From positions 603-64,602 of IMG/VR virus record IMGVR_UViG_3300020048_000135: a DNA stretch of 64,000 nt. One strand, written 5' to 3'. The notes under the pieces are model-generated. The model searched no databases, was not told where the DNA came from, and was given only the letters and a program-made list of their open reading frames with translations. The first letter of the stretch is position 1. The number at the start of each line of letters is the position of its first letter. Position numbers and translations under genes: made by a program. The stretch is from a virus. Lineage: Duplodnaviria; Caudoviricetes. Positions 39,232 to 48,945 of the stretch are shown here, one piece after another.

Positions 39232-39274
39232 AAAAAATAGGGGGAACCGCATTATCTGCAGTTCCCCCTTTTCT
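39232..39274 (-). terminator. Intrinsic terminator closing the upstream minus-strand operon
   Basis: GC-rich stem GGGGGAAC (39240-39247) / GTTCCCCC (39261-39268) with a U-tract on the minus strand. Confidence 0.8.
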
Positions 39275-39306
39275 TGTTATTTATCAATATAATTTTGATA
39301 AAATGT

Positions 39307-39567
39307 TTAGACTATATTAGTCTTAAGTAAATTTCCATCTTTACTAAATACTCTAGTTATAGAAATATCTAAAACCTTGGCAGCCTTTTCTGCTGCAAAA
39401 CCAATATTAAAAATACCAGATTGAATAAGTTCTGCTATTGCAGCAAGTTCAACTTGAGAAATATCTTTATCTAAAGTATGTTTTGTATAACTTATGATAA
39501 AATTATTCAACTCTTGTAGAGTTATGGATTCATTTTTTAGTATTTTTACTACTGTGTTTCTATCCAT
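39307..39567 (-). CDS. Hypothetical protein, 86 aa
   Basis: ORF; ATG 39567 (MDRNTVVK) is preferred over the longer track start. Confidence 0.6.
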   Translation of the reverse strand: MDRNTVVKILKNESITLQELNNFIISYTKHTLDKDISQVELAAIAELIQSGIFNIGFAAEKAAKVLDISITRVFSKDGNLLKTNIV

Positions 39568-39772
39568 TGTTTTTGATTTTTTATGGCTATTATTGAATTT
39601 AAAGAACATTTTAACGGATTTTTTGATGAGTAAATATTTTAGCCATTTTGGTGATAGCAAAAAATCACCCTTAGCTAAGTACTACTTTATGTATAAAAGT
39701 TAAGAGAAAGTCTCCTAACTATGTACAGACGTAAAATAAAAATTTTTATACACTTTCAAAAAATAAAAGTCA

Positions 39773-39958
39773 CTAATCTTTGAAGTACAGCTCTTCCTCA
39801 CATTCATCACAATACTGAGGCTTGAGTTTTATCTCGCCTTTAAAAGCTAATTTTTCATCTTCTGTAAAATCTACCCAGTATTTTATAGTTGCACTACATT
39901 TTGAGCACAACATTACTGGGTATCCTCCATTAAACTTAAAAACTGCTCTTTTTTTCAT
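39773..39958 (-). CDS. Small Zn-ribbon protein
   Basis: Two CxxC pairs (CSKC, CDEC); TAG stop. Confidence 0.55.
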   Translation of the reverse strand: MKKRAVFKFNGGYPVMLCSKCSATIKYWVDFTEDEKLAFKGEIKLKPQYCDECEEELYFKD

Positions 39959-40096
39959 ATTACTTCGTATTAGTTTTTACGCCTATTTTGACTTCCTGGT
40001 TTAGTGTATGTCCCAGGTTTTTGAATATTAGATTTACTAATTACAGAGTCCTTAATAAAATCTAATATTCTCATGTCTCTTTTTTTAATACTGTTC

Positions 40097-40816
40097 TTAT
40101 ATTTCACTGTTAATATTTTTGAATTCTTGAATAATACTTAATACTATATCTAATTGTTTTTCAGAAAGATCATGTGCACTAATTAAGTCATCTTGAGTAA
40201 GTGGTATAACATTTTCTTCTTCAATAAGAATATCATATTCATCATAATAAGATCCATTTTCTATACTAGTAACAATCTTAACTTGATCAAAATTTTCACA
40301 TACAACATCACCTATTTTAAAAGAATTAGTTTTTATTTTTGGAGGGTCATCAAAATTTATTCTACTATGTCTAGCAATCTTCCAAGTAGTTATATCCACA
40401 AGTGTTATAGGATGTCTAAATTCAGCAACTGTTTGGCAAACATTAAATCCGAAACCTCCAGTAGAATCATCTTTTCCTAAATAATTCCATTTAATATTTC
40501 CAAGAAAAATGTTACTCTCTTTGACAAACCAATTTTTAAAAGATTCCCAATCTGGATGAGTTTCATCACATTGTACAAAAAATCTTTTTGGAAATGGGTT
40601 AAAAGAATAATAAAATAAGTTCCACAATTCCAAACTTATTAAAAAACTTCTATTACCAAAACTACCAAGAGTAGGAGAGGTTACATATTTTCCATCAATA
40701 TAACCAAAATATTCATCTTTGTTTTCAGGAACTCGAGCAATTAAATTTTCAAACCATTTTTTAAAATGGGGCCAAATAATACTACTTTCATCTTTTTTTA
40801 ATAAAAAATTTTCCAT
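40097..40816 (-). CDS. Hypothetical protein with an internally duplicated Trp-rich module
   Basis: Two W..FKxWF...Y.G...L(I/V).L..W units, similar to 46631..46906. Confidence 0.7.
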   Translation of the reverse strand: MENFLLKKDESSIIWPHFKKWFENLIARVPENKDEYFGYIDGKYVTSPTLGSFGNRSFLISLELWNLFYYSFNPFPKRFFVQCDETHPDWESFKNWFVKESNIFLGNIKWNYLGKDDSTGGFGFNVCQTVAEFRHPITLVDITTWKIARHSRINFDDPPKIKTNSFKIGDVVCENFDQVKIVTSIENGSYYDEYDILIEEENVIPLTQDDLISAHDLSEKQLDIVLSIIQEFKNINSEI

Positions 40817-40820
40817 ATTA

Positions 40821-41225
40821 TTACATTTTTATAAATTCACTGAAAGAGAAATTAGCAATCATATTAAATTCTAATGAGCTGATTAAAGATATATCTCCAA
40901 CCTTTACAGGGGCACTCCATAAATATCCAGTATCCATATTTAACAATCCACACTTTTTGCTACTTGTCTGTGCTAAAATATACATACCATCTGGACCTTT
41001 AAATTTATCCCCAATTAAATAATTAGTAATAGGATTGATTCCTAATAAATATTTATCTAGCAATTCTTTAAGTATACCAGTAGGACTTATTAATTGTTTT
41101 CCGCCAAATTCATTTTTAAAACCTGTTAAGGTATTGTATAAATATAACATTTCATCATTATATTGTGAAAATTTATATTTACCAAGTAATTCATCTAAAT
41201 ACTGATTAATTGTTTTACTTTTCAT
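40821..41225 (-). CDS. Hypothetical protein
   Basis: ORF in a tightly packed operon. Confidence 0.65.
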   Translation of the reverse strand: MKSKTINQYLDELLGKYKFSQYNDEMLYLYNTLTGFKNEFGGKQLISPTGILKELLDKYLLGINPITNYLIGDKFKGPDGMYILAQTSSKKCGLLNMDTGYLWSAPVKVGDISLISSLEFNMIANFSFSEFIKM

Positions 41226-41964
41226 AAAAACTATTTAATTTTATTTCCGCTATTTCATTTATATTTAATCCTATTATAGTAGAATCTTTTATAGGAACTC
41301 TATGTGTTATATGATAATGTCCATGATACCATAATTTAGGATTATAATAATCAAATAATTCCAAACATATTTTATGTTCTCTATCACAATCCAAAGCTAG
41401 TTTTTTATCAACATCATAAGAAATCTTTAACCAATCTGGCATTGGAGGTAAATTACATTGTATGGAGTCTCTATCTACAGCATGAGTTATTAAAACATCT
41501 ATTTTCATGTTTTTTATTTCCGCATAGTGTTTAACATTAGACATTTCTTCTCCATACCAATAATCAGTGTTAAGTTTTCTAAACCTTCTATCAACTGATA
41601 CAGCTCCACCAACACATAATATTTTAGTAGTATCTACTTCAACATAAGTATAGTCCGGAACCAAGATAAATCTATCATTAGAAATATCTTTGCGTATATC
41701 CTCATTTAAAAAATACTCAGGATTATCGTGATTTCCTCTTATAAATATTAAATGCAGATTTCTTTTTTCTAAGAATGCATCAAAATTCTTAGCAATCATT
41801 TTCTTTATTTTAAAGACTTTAGTATCAGAAAATCCAAATCCACAATCTCCTGCTATAAATACTACACAATTCTCTACATTTTTTAACAATGTATGCAACA
41901 CTTCAAATGTTCCATGTATATCACCTATTACAGCAATAGCTTTATTTTCAAATTTTAAAAACAT
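41215..41964 (-). CDS. Calcineurin-like metallophosphoesterase
   Basis: Motifs GDIHG, GDCG, RGNHD, ITH and HGHYH. Confidence 0.9.
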   Translation of the reverse strand: MFLKFENKAIAVIGDIHGTFEVLHTLLKNVENCVVFIAGDCGFGFSDTKVFKIKKMIAKNFDAFLEKRNLHLIFIRGNHDNPEYFLNEDIRKDISNDRFILVPDYTYVEVDTTKILCVGGAVSVDRRFRKLNTDYWYGEEMSNVKHYAEIKNMKIDVLITHAVDRDSIQCNLPPMPDWLKISYDVDKKLALDCDREHKICLELFDYYNPKLWYHGHYHITHRVPIKDSTIIGLNINEIAEIKLNSFYEK

Positions 41965-41965
41965 A

Positions 41966-42451
41966 TTAAAAACTATTTTCTCCGTAAAGATTTTCTAATT
42001 CCCAAAGTTCTTTATATTCCAAATTAGATTCTGGATATTTATCCTCAAGTTCTTTTATTAAAAAATCTTTTCTACGTATATTAAAATATCTAGATTCTAT
42101 GGAATCAGCTAAATCTCTAACATCTTTTGGGCCTATAACAGTCATTCTTAAGTCATAATCAAAATATTTAAATTTATATTCTAAAAAATGAATTCCATTT
42201 GTAAGTTCATAAATAAAATTATAAATAACATCATTATTATTTAAACGAAGTATTGATACAGCTCTTAAAAACCACCTTGGAACCCAATAAGGTTTAGCTA
42301 CATAATCCATATAAACTATTAAAGGTTTAATAAACTCAAAAAGATCTTTTTTACAATGTTTAGGATTAGGAATATTACCTAAATATATGTATTTTTCATA
42401 GAAATCTTTAGGAAAAAATATTCTTTTTAAAGTATCAAATAATTTATCCAT
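41966..42451 (-). CDS. Hypothetical protein
   Basis: ORF; ATG 42451 (MDKLF) is preferred. Confidence 0.65.
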   Translation of the reverse strand: MDKLFDTLKRIFFPKDFYEKYIYLGNIPNPKHCKKDLFEFIKPLIVYMDYVAKPYWVPRWFLRAVSILRLNNNDVIYNFIYELTNGIHFLEYKFKYFDYDLRMTVIGPKDVRDLADSIESRYFNIRRKDFLIKELEDKYPESNLEYKELWELENLYGENSF

Positions 42452-42869
42452 ACAATTTAACTTCTTTAGCATAGACATCTTCTTCACTATATAAACATTC
42501 CATAGAACCAAAAATTTTATAGTCTACAGAAGAATTATACCCAAATAAACTATCTGAAAGCATCATTATAAAATATTCTGCATTATCAAGTGAAATATTG
42601 TCTAAATTATCAAAATTAGCTACCTTAATATCACTAAGAATATCTTTATTCTTTGCAATATATTTAAGAGTTTCTTCACTTATTGGACCATATAATGATA
42701 AAATCCCATCATAAGAAAATAGATCTTTACATATTTTATATATGTTTTTAACTTTCTCTACATCTTCAAATACAAATTCACTTGTTTCATAATGCAAATC
42801 TTCAAAGTCTTCAAGAGATTTTATAGTCACATTATAACCTTTATTTAATATTTTTTTCGAATGTTTCAT
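42444..42869 (-). CDS. Hypothetical acidic protein
   Basis: ORF; ATG 42869 (MKHSKK) is preferred. Confidence 0.6.
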   Translation of the reverse strand: MKHSKKILNKGYNVTIKSLEDFEDLHYETSEFVFEDVEKVKNIYKICKDLFSYDGILSLYGPISEETLKYIAKNKDILSDIKVANFDNLDNISLDNAEYFIMMLSDSLFGYNSSVDYKIFGSMECLYSEEDVYAKEVKLYG

Positions 42870-42873
42870 TTGT

Positions 42874-43200
42874 TTACCTATTATCTCCAGAACCACTAAT
42901 TACTCCACGTATTCTTCTGGATTCTATTTTTACTATGTTCATTCTCATAATTTCTTTAAGAGTATATCCAATATTTTCTGCAACAGCGGTTACATAAAAT
43001 AAAGCATCTCCTAACTCAAGTGCAATGTCATGTTTAGATTCTTCATCAAAGATACCATCTTTGTCTCTAAGAACTTTTTTGACTTTTTCTGCAACTTCTC
43101 CAGCTTCTCCATTTAATCCTAGTACCGGATAAATAATATTTTCTCCTTTACCAAAATTAACATTGGATAACGCTCTTTGACTATATTCTTCTACTGTCAT
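42874..43200 (-). CDS. mazG: MazG-like nucleotide pyrophosphohydrolase
   Basis: LGLNGEAGEVAEKVKK...IALELGDALFY...N..K...R...GSGDNR, a single-domain phage MazG-like pattern. Confidence 0.88.
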   Translation of the reverse strand: MTVEEYSQRALSNVNFGKGENIIYPVLGLNGEAGEVAEKVKKVLRDKDGIFDEESKHDIALELGDALFYVTAVAENIGYTLKEIMRMNIVKIESRRIRGVISGSGDNR

Positions 43201-43201
43201 T

Positions 43202-44383
43202 TTATTGCTCAACTAAATGTCTATATTGAATAAATCCTTTAAAATTACGACACCAACCTTCTTGTTCAGTATATCCATTTACATCTGGATAAGGAGAGGT
43301 TTTAGTAAAATTTCTATATTCTAAATCACTCATAACTTGAGCACAATGTTCAAAAGGACTCATATGCTTACTTTCTAATAACATATCATGTAACTTAACA
43401 TCAGCTTCATAATCAATTTTTGGATTATCACCAAGAGTTTCATAAGATATACGGGCGCAACGAGAAGTTGCTATTTTAATATCTAAATTAATAGGTTGGT
43501 TTTCTAATGAATATACTTTTCTGATAGAATCCCAATCAAACCTATCACCAAAAGGAATATGCCATTCTCCTGCTTGTAATTGCTTTGGATTAGATTGATT
43601 ATAAGCATCCCACATCATTTCAGCAATAGCTTGAATATGAATTTCTGCTTGAGAATCATTAGTTAAAAGTTTAGATGTATCAAGATTACCTGCCTCATCA
43701 TCTGCTCCCATATCTCTATTAAGACCAGCATATATAGATAAAGCACACTTTAAATCTTCTTTACTTTTAGAAATCATCCCTTCTAAATATGTATGCTTAT
43801 ATCTAGGACACCTTAATTCAAAGAAATTATCATATTCAGTGCCGGTAATAATTTCAGTATGCCATAAGAAAGGTTCTAAAAGTCTATTACAAAGTTGTTT
43901 GGTGGTTCTAAATACATGAAGTATTGATGCAGCTTCTACAGCTTTATCTCTTGCTAATAACCACCAATCATCTAAAGTTTTAGTAAAATCTTTATAATCT
44001 TGAAGTAGGTTTTCAATTAAGATAACCTTTTCATCAATTTCATTTTTTAAAGCGTAATATTTTTTCGAATCTCTTTCAAAATATAATGTATTTACTAAAG
44101 CAGTTATGAAAGAATTAAGATTAAAAGTATCTGTCTTTGATAAATACTCTGTTCCTTGCATACCTGGATGATCTTTTTGCCAAGCAATTGGAATAAATGG
44201 ATCTTCTTTTACCATTTTAACCATCTTTTTAAATGGTATGGCTCTACTACTTGCAGAATTTCTGCTTAATATCCTATGTCTACACATCTCCGCATGAATA
44301 ATACGCGGATAAGTTACTTTATATGTTATGATCCTGTCTCCTTGTAGACCAACAGAATCAGCTAAAATACTACATTTATACAT
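43202..44383 (-). CDS. thyX: Flavin-dependent thymidylate synthase
   Basis: ThyX motif RHRILSRNSASSR, plus SRCARISY and HMSPFEH. Longer than usual because of inserts. Confidence 0.85.
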   Translation of the reverse strand: MYKCSILADSVGLQGDRIITYKVTYPRIIHAEMCRHRILSRNSASSRAIPFKKMVKMVKEDPFIPIAWQKDHPGMQGTEYLSKTDTFNLNSFITALVNTLYFERDSKKYYALKNEIDEKVILIENLLQDYKDFTKTLDDWWLLARDKAVEAASILHVFRTTKQLCNRLLEPFLWHTEIITGTEYDNFFELRCPRYKHTYLEGMISKSKEDLKCALSIYAGLNRDMGADDEAGNLDTSKLLTNDSQAEIHIQAIAEMMWDAYNQSNPKQLQAGEWHIPFGDRFDWDSIRKVYSLENQPINLDIKIATSRCARISYETLGDNPKIDYEADVKLHDMLLESKHMSPFEHCAQVMSDLEYRNFTKTSPYPDVNGYTEQEGWCRNFKGFIQYRHLVEQ

Positions 44384-44675
44384 TACTCTTAAACCTTGTT
44401 AATATTCTTTTATATCTAATAATATTATCTTCGCATTCTTTTATGTATTTTTCAATACTATGAAACAAAAATTCTATTAATAAGGGATCTGTTACAGTGT
44501 TTTCAACAGTGAGAGGATAATTAAAATAAAAAACTTCACTATGATTATGTATATAAAAAGTTCTACCTGTAGTACCTAATATAACAGTTCCTCCATCTCT
44601 AAAGAAATCAATACTTTTAATTTTAAAATATTCCCCTTTATTGACTATATAATTTTTTAATTCTTCGTTACTCAC
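44376..44675 (-). CDS. Hypothetical protein
   Basis: GTG-start ORF overlapping both neighbours. Confidence 0.6.
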   Translation of the reverse strand: MSNEELKNYIVNKGEYFKIKSIDFFRDGGTVILGTTGRTFYIHNHSEVFYFNYPLTVENTVTDPLLIEFLFHSIEKYIKECEDNIIRYKRILTRFKSNV

Positions 44676-45669
44676 TTTTAAACATTAATTTATTAAATTG
44701 CTCATTATCTAATATAAATCCAGAAGCCCCTTTATGACCGCCTCCGTCAAATTGTTTAGCTATTAAAGTACAATCAACTTCTCCATTATCATTATAAACA
44801 CTAAAATTCCATTTACCATTTGCATACCAAAAGCAAGCACAACCATCATAACCATCTTTATGATAATCTATACCAAAGTTAACAGGATTAAAACGTTCTT
44901 TGTTAATACATATAAATTTACGTCTTAAAGTAGATATTTGTTTGCCAAAATTATCCCTTGTTATATTCATAAAAGGTTCTGATAATTCAATCTCAAATCC
45001 ATTCTTATAAGTTTGTTTAGCTTCTGTACAGAGATACCTGTAGATAGGTGCTCCAGATTTCCAAATTACTCCTTCAATAGAGTCCGCATATCTTATGCCT
45101 TTTACCCTACCATTAATAGAATCTATTAAGCATTTATAAGCTTCCTCATAATTATCAATAGTTTCTCTTGCCCCATACTGAAACTCTAAGACTTTTTGCT
45201 CTTCATCAGTACCCTTATGTCCAAAACAATCATACCTACCAAGAAATCTAACAAGTTCAGGCATTGGTTTATCAGGAAAGAAATATTTCCATGTAAGTTC
45301 ACAAGCTGCAAATTTAGTATCTCTCAGACCACAGGGTAAATCTAAATCATATTCATATTTATTAGCATAATTAAAAACATCATTTATAACAGATATATGA
45401 TGATCTATCCATATGAAATTACTACCATATCTTTCATATAAATTAATCATTGGTTGAATAGCTTCTACTGATAAGTCTTTAGTTTTGAAACTAATATCAC
45501 ACATAATAACTCTATCATATTCAGATAAATCAGGAATAGGTTGCCCATAATTATAACCAATATAGTCTTGAGTACCGCCTTTACGTTCTGTAGTAAAATA
45601 ATGTTTAACTATCGCTGCACTCATCCATCCATCAAGGTCAATTGAATGATATATACATACTGTTTTCAT
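44668..45669 (-). CDS. DHH/DHHA1 family phosphoesterase
   Basis: Motifs YHSIDLDG, MCDISF, WIDHH and a C-terminal GGGHKGASGF. Confidence 0.88.
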   Translation of the reverse strand: MKTVCIYHSIDLDGWMSAAIVKHYFTTERKGGTQDYIGYNYGQPIPDLSEYDRVIMCDISFKTKDLSVEAIQPMINLYERYGSNFIWIDHHISVINDVFNYANKYEYDLDLPCGLRDTKFAACELTWKYFFPDKPMPELVRFLGRYDCFGHKGTDEEQKVLEFQYGARETIDNYEEAYKCLIDSINGRVKGIRYADSIEGVIWKSGAPIYRYLCTEAKQTYKNGFEIELSEPFMNITRDNFGKQISTLRRKFICINKERFNPVNFGIDYHKDGYDGCACFWYANGKWNFSVYNDNGEVDCTLIAKQFDGGGHKGASGFILDNEQFNKLMFKSE

Positions 45670-45672
45670 ATA

Positions 45673-45927
45673 TTATTCATTTTCTTGCTTAAGTAATTCA
45701 TCTGCAATCATATAAGCACTTTTTACATATGATTTAGCATTATCTATTCTATTGTCAGTATACAAACCTAATCCATTTTTCATTAATAACCCTTGCATAG
45801 CAGCACAAGCTGCGTAGAATCTTTTATTAATTCCAGGAAGAAATTCTCTATGGGTCAAACCAGAACCTGTATCACTTAAATATTCTTTTTCACAAGGAAA
45901 TGCTGGCTCTTGTCCTAATTTACTCAT
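45673..45927 (-). CDS. Conserved-looking small phage protein
   Basis: AFP...GLT.R...ACAAMQG...AYMIADELL pattern common in phage hypothetical proteins. Confidence 0.65.
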   Translation of the reverse strand: MSKLGQEPAFPCEKEYLSDTGSGLTHREFLPGINKRFYAACAAMQGLLMKNGLGLYTDNRIDNAKSYVKSAYMIADELLKQENE

Positions 45928-46282
45928 TTTTATTCTTTTCTAAATTATTTTCAAGATATTCTTTATATAATCTAAGTTGATATAAGACAAATCTTTCAGA
46001 TTCTAAACCCTCTAAAATTGAATCTATTGAAGAGTTTATAAATTCAATTTTATTATCTTCCCATCCTAAAGGAGTGATATCATTTATATTAGAAACAGCA
46101 TACATTTTTAGCAATGTTTCTGAATCTTTACAAGAATTTTCACGTTCTAATATAGCATTAGAAACTTCTTGTAATTCGTTATTTTTATTAAAGGCTATGC
46201 TTTTTAAAAATATATTTGTATTAAAATCTGTTCCCCAAGACATATTACCAGTCGATATTAATTTGATATTCTCCGGGTTCAA
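45920..46282 (-). CDS. Hypothetical protein (start uncertain)
   Basis: TTG-start ORF filling the operon gap. Confidence 0.5.
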   Translation of the reverse strand: MNPENIKLISTGNMSWGTDFNTNIFLKSIAFNKNNELQEVSNAILERENSCKDSETLLKMYAVSNINDITPLGWEDNKIEFINSSIDSILEGLESERFVLYQLRLYKEYLENNLEKNKNE

Positions 46283-46634
46283 GTAACCCTCTTTTACATA
46301 AATCTGAAGCTATAACATTTACATCAGGATAAAAATTTCTCTGCCAAAACAATCTATTTTGCCAGTGATATTCAGGATTAAAATGTTTAGCGGTATCTTC
46401 TGGGGAAGTATTTAGCCAAGTTTCAAAACTAACTCCCATTTCTCCTCCATTAACCTCAAATGGTATTTCTGTATTTTCAAAATCTTCTTCGTAAACTGCA
46501 TTAGTACTAATTGTTACAACACCTCTTAGTTTACAACCATCTTGTTGTTGAAAACAATAAATTTTATTGTATGTCTTCTCTACAAAATTATCCCAGTCAT
46601 CTGAATCTATTTGTTTAATATTAGTTATTCTCAT
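46245..46634 (-). CDS. Hypothetical protein
   Basis: ATG 46634 in an ATGA overlap with the upstream gene. Confidence 0.65.
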   Translation of the reverse strand: MRITNIKQIDSDDWDNFVEKTYNKIYCFQQQDGCKLRGVVTISTNAVYEEDFENTEIPFEVNGGEMGVSFETWLNTSPEDTAKHFNPEYHWQNRLFWQRNFYPDVNVIASDLCKRGLLEPGEYQINIDW

Positions 46635-46906
46635 AATGTCCAATTTTGATAAGTAAAATAACCTTTTTGTTCTTCTTTAATTTCGTTAACACATTCATTC
46701 CATTCTTCAAGACTAATTAATTTTGGATTATTTTCGAAATCTTCAATTCTATCCCAATATTCTATACATCCATCATATCCATAATAATTCCATGATCTAC
46801 CAGTTAAGTTTTGATCGTAAGTTTCATTTAGCCAATTAATATATTTAAGCCATAATGGATTATCTTTATCTGCTAAAATTACAAAATATTGTGGTAATTT
46901 TTTCAT
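46631..46906 (-). CDS. Trp-rich module protein, paralogous to the repeats of 40097..40816
   Basis: LWLKYINWL...WNYYGYDG...LISLEEWN; ends in TGA within an ATGA overlap. Confidence 0.65.
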   Translation of the reverse strand: MKKLPQYFVILADKDNPLWLKYINWLNETYDQNLTGRSWNYYGYDGCIEYWDRIEDFENNPKLISLEEWNECVNEIKEEQKGYFTYQNWTL

Positions 46907-47358
46907 ATTATTTTATTGTTTAAAATGTAATCAAATGCTGCGCTATATGCTTCCTTGGGTGTTTTATAATATTTTTCAGTAGATGAATAGATACATTTAA
47001 GATTTTCCCCAATATCACATATTCTAAAAAAGAATAATAAATTTGCATCAAAAAAATCTCTACAATCAACATCAGCTGTAACCCAAATATTATGATTAAT
47101 TAACAACCAATTAACAACTTGCCAATGTTCAGGCGCATTACAAATATGTAATTGATTTTTTCTTCTAACAAATTGAAATGTATTTTTATGCTTTTCACTA
47201 TCAGGTAAACCACATTTATACAAAATCCCATCATGTTTAAAATTTTGAAAATCATTAATATAATAATGACTACACGCTTCATCAAATCCTTTTTCTTTAA
47301 GCAATTTAGCCTGCTTAAATGTTACGTATGTTGGTTCAATTTTTGTAGTATTTTCCAT
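46903..47358 (-). CDS. Paralog family A protein
   Basis: YVTFKQAKLLKEKGFDEAC...APEHWQVVNWL; ends in TGA within an ATGA overlap. Confidence 0.7.
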   Translation of the reverse strand: MENTTKIEPTYVTFKQAKLLKEKGFDEACSHYYINDFQNFKHDGILYKCGLPDSEKHKNTFQFVRRKNQLHICNAPEHWQVVNWLLINHNIWVTADVDCRDFFDANLLFFFRICDIGENLKCIYSSTEKYYKTPKEAYSAAFDYILNNKII

Positions 47359-47367
47359 AAATAAAAA

Positions 47368-47508
47368 TTATTTATATAATTCTGGATATTTTGCTTTATC
47401 TTCTGTTAACCACGATTCATATCCTGGATTAATACCACATTCTTTTACTTTACCTATTATGTATAATAAAACACATAATAAAATAATCCCTATCATTAAT
47501 TCAATCAT
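47368..47508 (-). CDS. Small membrane protein, 46 aa (below track cutoff)
   Basis: Manual translation MIELMIGIILLCVLLYIIGKVKECG...; fills the operon gap exactly. Confidence 0.55.
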   Translation of the reverse strand: MIELMIGIILLCVLLYIIGKVKECGINPGYESWLTEDKAKYPELYK

Positions 47509-47509
47509 G

Positions 47510-47797
47510 TTACTTTATGTTCTTAAGTGGGTAAGCATTTAAAATTGAGTTTCTATTTATACCAATAATACCCTCAAACCTATCTGTCCAAATATTGAGA
47601 AATTCTTCCATCCAATCTTCTTTAACATCGTAATGAGTTAAAAAAGCATTTTCAAGAATAGCTTCTGCTTGTGCTTTGCAATGAAGTTTAGCAAATTCAA
47701 TCATCATTTTTTCTATATAATGAGAGAATGTAAAACCAAATTTTAACCTAGATTCCGTTTGCTTTCTAAATTCTTCTGCTGTTGGTACTCTATTCAT
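47510..47797 (-). CDS. Paralog family B protein
   Basis: PTAEE...IEFAKLH...ENA...SILNAYPL..IK. Confidence 0.7.
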   Translation of the reverse strand: MNRVPTAEEFRKQTESRLKFGFTFSHYIEKMMIEFAKLHCKAQAEAILENAFLTHYDVKEDWMEEFLNIWTDRFEGIIGINRNSILNAYPLKNIK

Positions 47798-47803
47798 GAC
47801 TTT

Positions 47804-48055
47804 TTACTTTATTTTATCAAGTGAATAAGCATTTAAAATTGATTTCTCATCAACCCATATTTCTCCAGTCCCATAATCTGCTGGATTTTCTTTTGCTATA
47901 GCATTTTCACCTGCTGCTTTTAAAGCTGCCTCAACGTGAAGTTTAGCAAATTCAATAACTTTTCGTCTAACATGTGCTGCCATTTCAGGATATTCAGCAT
48001 CCATTATAGAGTATTCTGTTTTAAATAATTCTTCTGCTGTTGGTAATTTACTCAT
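47804..48055 (-). CDS. Paralog family B protein
   Basis: PTAEE...IEFAKLH...ENA...DEKSILNAYSLDKIK. Confidence 0.7.
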   Translation of the reverse strand: MSKLPTAEELFKTEYSIMDAEYPEMAAHVRRKVIEFAKLHVEAALKAAGENAIAKENPADYGTGEIWVDEKSILNAYSLDKIK

Positions 48056-48456
48056 GATACTTTTTGTTTATTATACCACTTGATAAATTCAACTATTGCA
48101 AGCCAAGTACCTTCTAATTCTGAAAAAGAATTTATCTCAATAAATGGCATTGGATAGGTTATATAAACTCCTTTAATTCTAATTTTGATAGGTTTATCCA
48201 ACTCATTTAAATGAAATTTAGCACACCTATTTGTATTAAAAATATATCTCTGTCCATCTTTGTTTCCATGATTAGTCATAGAAATCTTTTCAACAACTGG
48301 CATTAACCAATCCCAAGAGGAGTGGTATCTTAATATATCTAAACAAAATTTATCACTTGGAGTTCCTATATCTTTTAACCAACTTTTAATATCCTCTTCT
48401 GAAAAAGGACTTAATGCTATAAGTCTGTTTCCTTCAATGATTTCTTCTCCAGACAT
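48052..48456 (-). CDS. Hypothetical protein
   Basis: L.YHSSWDWLMPVVEKI motif seen in phage hypothetical proteins; TGA stop in an ATGA overlap. Confidence 0.65.
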   Translation of the reverse strand: MSGEEIIEGNRLIALSPFSEEDIKSWLKDIGTPSDKFCLDILRYHSSWDWLMPVVEKISMTNHGNKDGQRYIFNTNRCAKFHLNELDKPIKIRIKGVYITYPMPFIEINSFSELEGTWLAIVEFIKWYNKQKVS

Positions 48457-48460
48457 TACA

Positions 48461-48943
48461 TTAAGGTTTTAAAGCCATTTCAAAAATTTCTTTATTGGCT
48501 TCATATGCTTCCATTAATATTTCTATTGATTTAAATGTGGGTGTAGATAAAGAAGTCCATTTTCCATGAAGATAGTCCATCTTATTTTCTTCATTATCCC
48601 ATGTTGGAAAATATTTTGACTGCACATCATTTGTGTAACCACCTTCCCATCCATCATTGTAATATTCAGCAATAATATATAGCTGACATAATGCTCTTAC
48701 TTTTTCTGCAATACGATTAGAAGGCAAATGAGTTCTTGTTGATTTATCAAAACTCCTAGTATAACGTGTTATTTCTCCAAACGAACTAAGACAATACTGA
48801 GTTTTCCCTAGGTTATTTAATTGTATTTCTTCCCAAGTTGGATTTTCTTTTCCAACTTTTTTAAATTGTATGAGATCAAAAGTTGATTTTTCTTTATCAA
48901 TTTCGTATCCTTTTGGAGGTATGATTTTAATTTCTTTGTCCAT
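48461..48943 (-). CDS. Paralog family C protein (tandem copy 2)
   Basis: MDKEIKIIPPKGYEIDK...ALCQLYIIAEYYNDGW; near-collinear with 48946..49425. Confidence 0.75.
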   Translation of the reverse strand: MDKEIKIIPPKGYEIDKEKSTFDLIQFKKVGKENPTWEEIQLNNLGKTQYCLSSFGEITRYTRSFDKSTRTHLPSNRIAEKVRALCQLYIIAEYYNDGWEGGYTNDVQSKYFPTWDNEENKMDYLHGKWTSLSTPTFKSIEILMEAYEANKEIFEMALKP

Positions 48944-48945
48944 AA

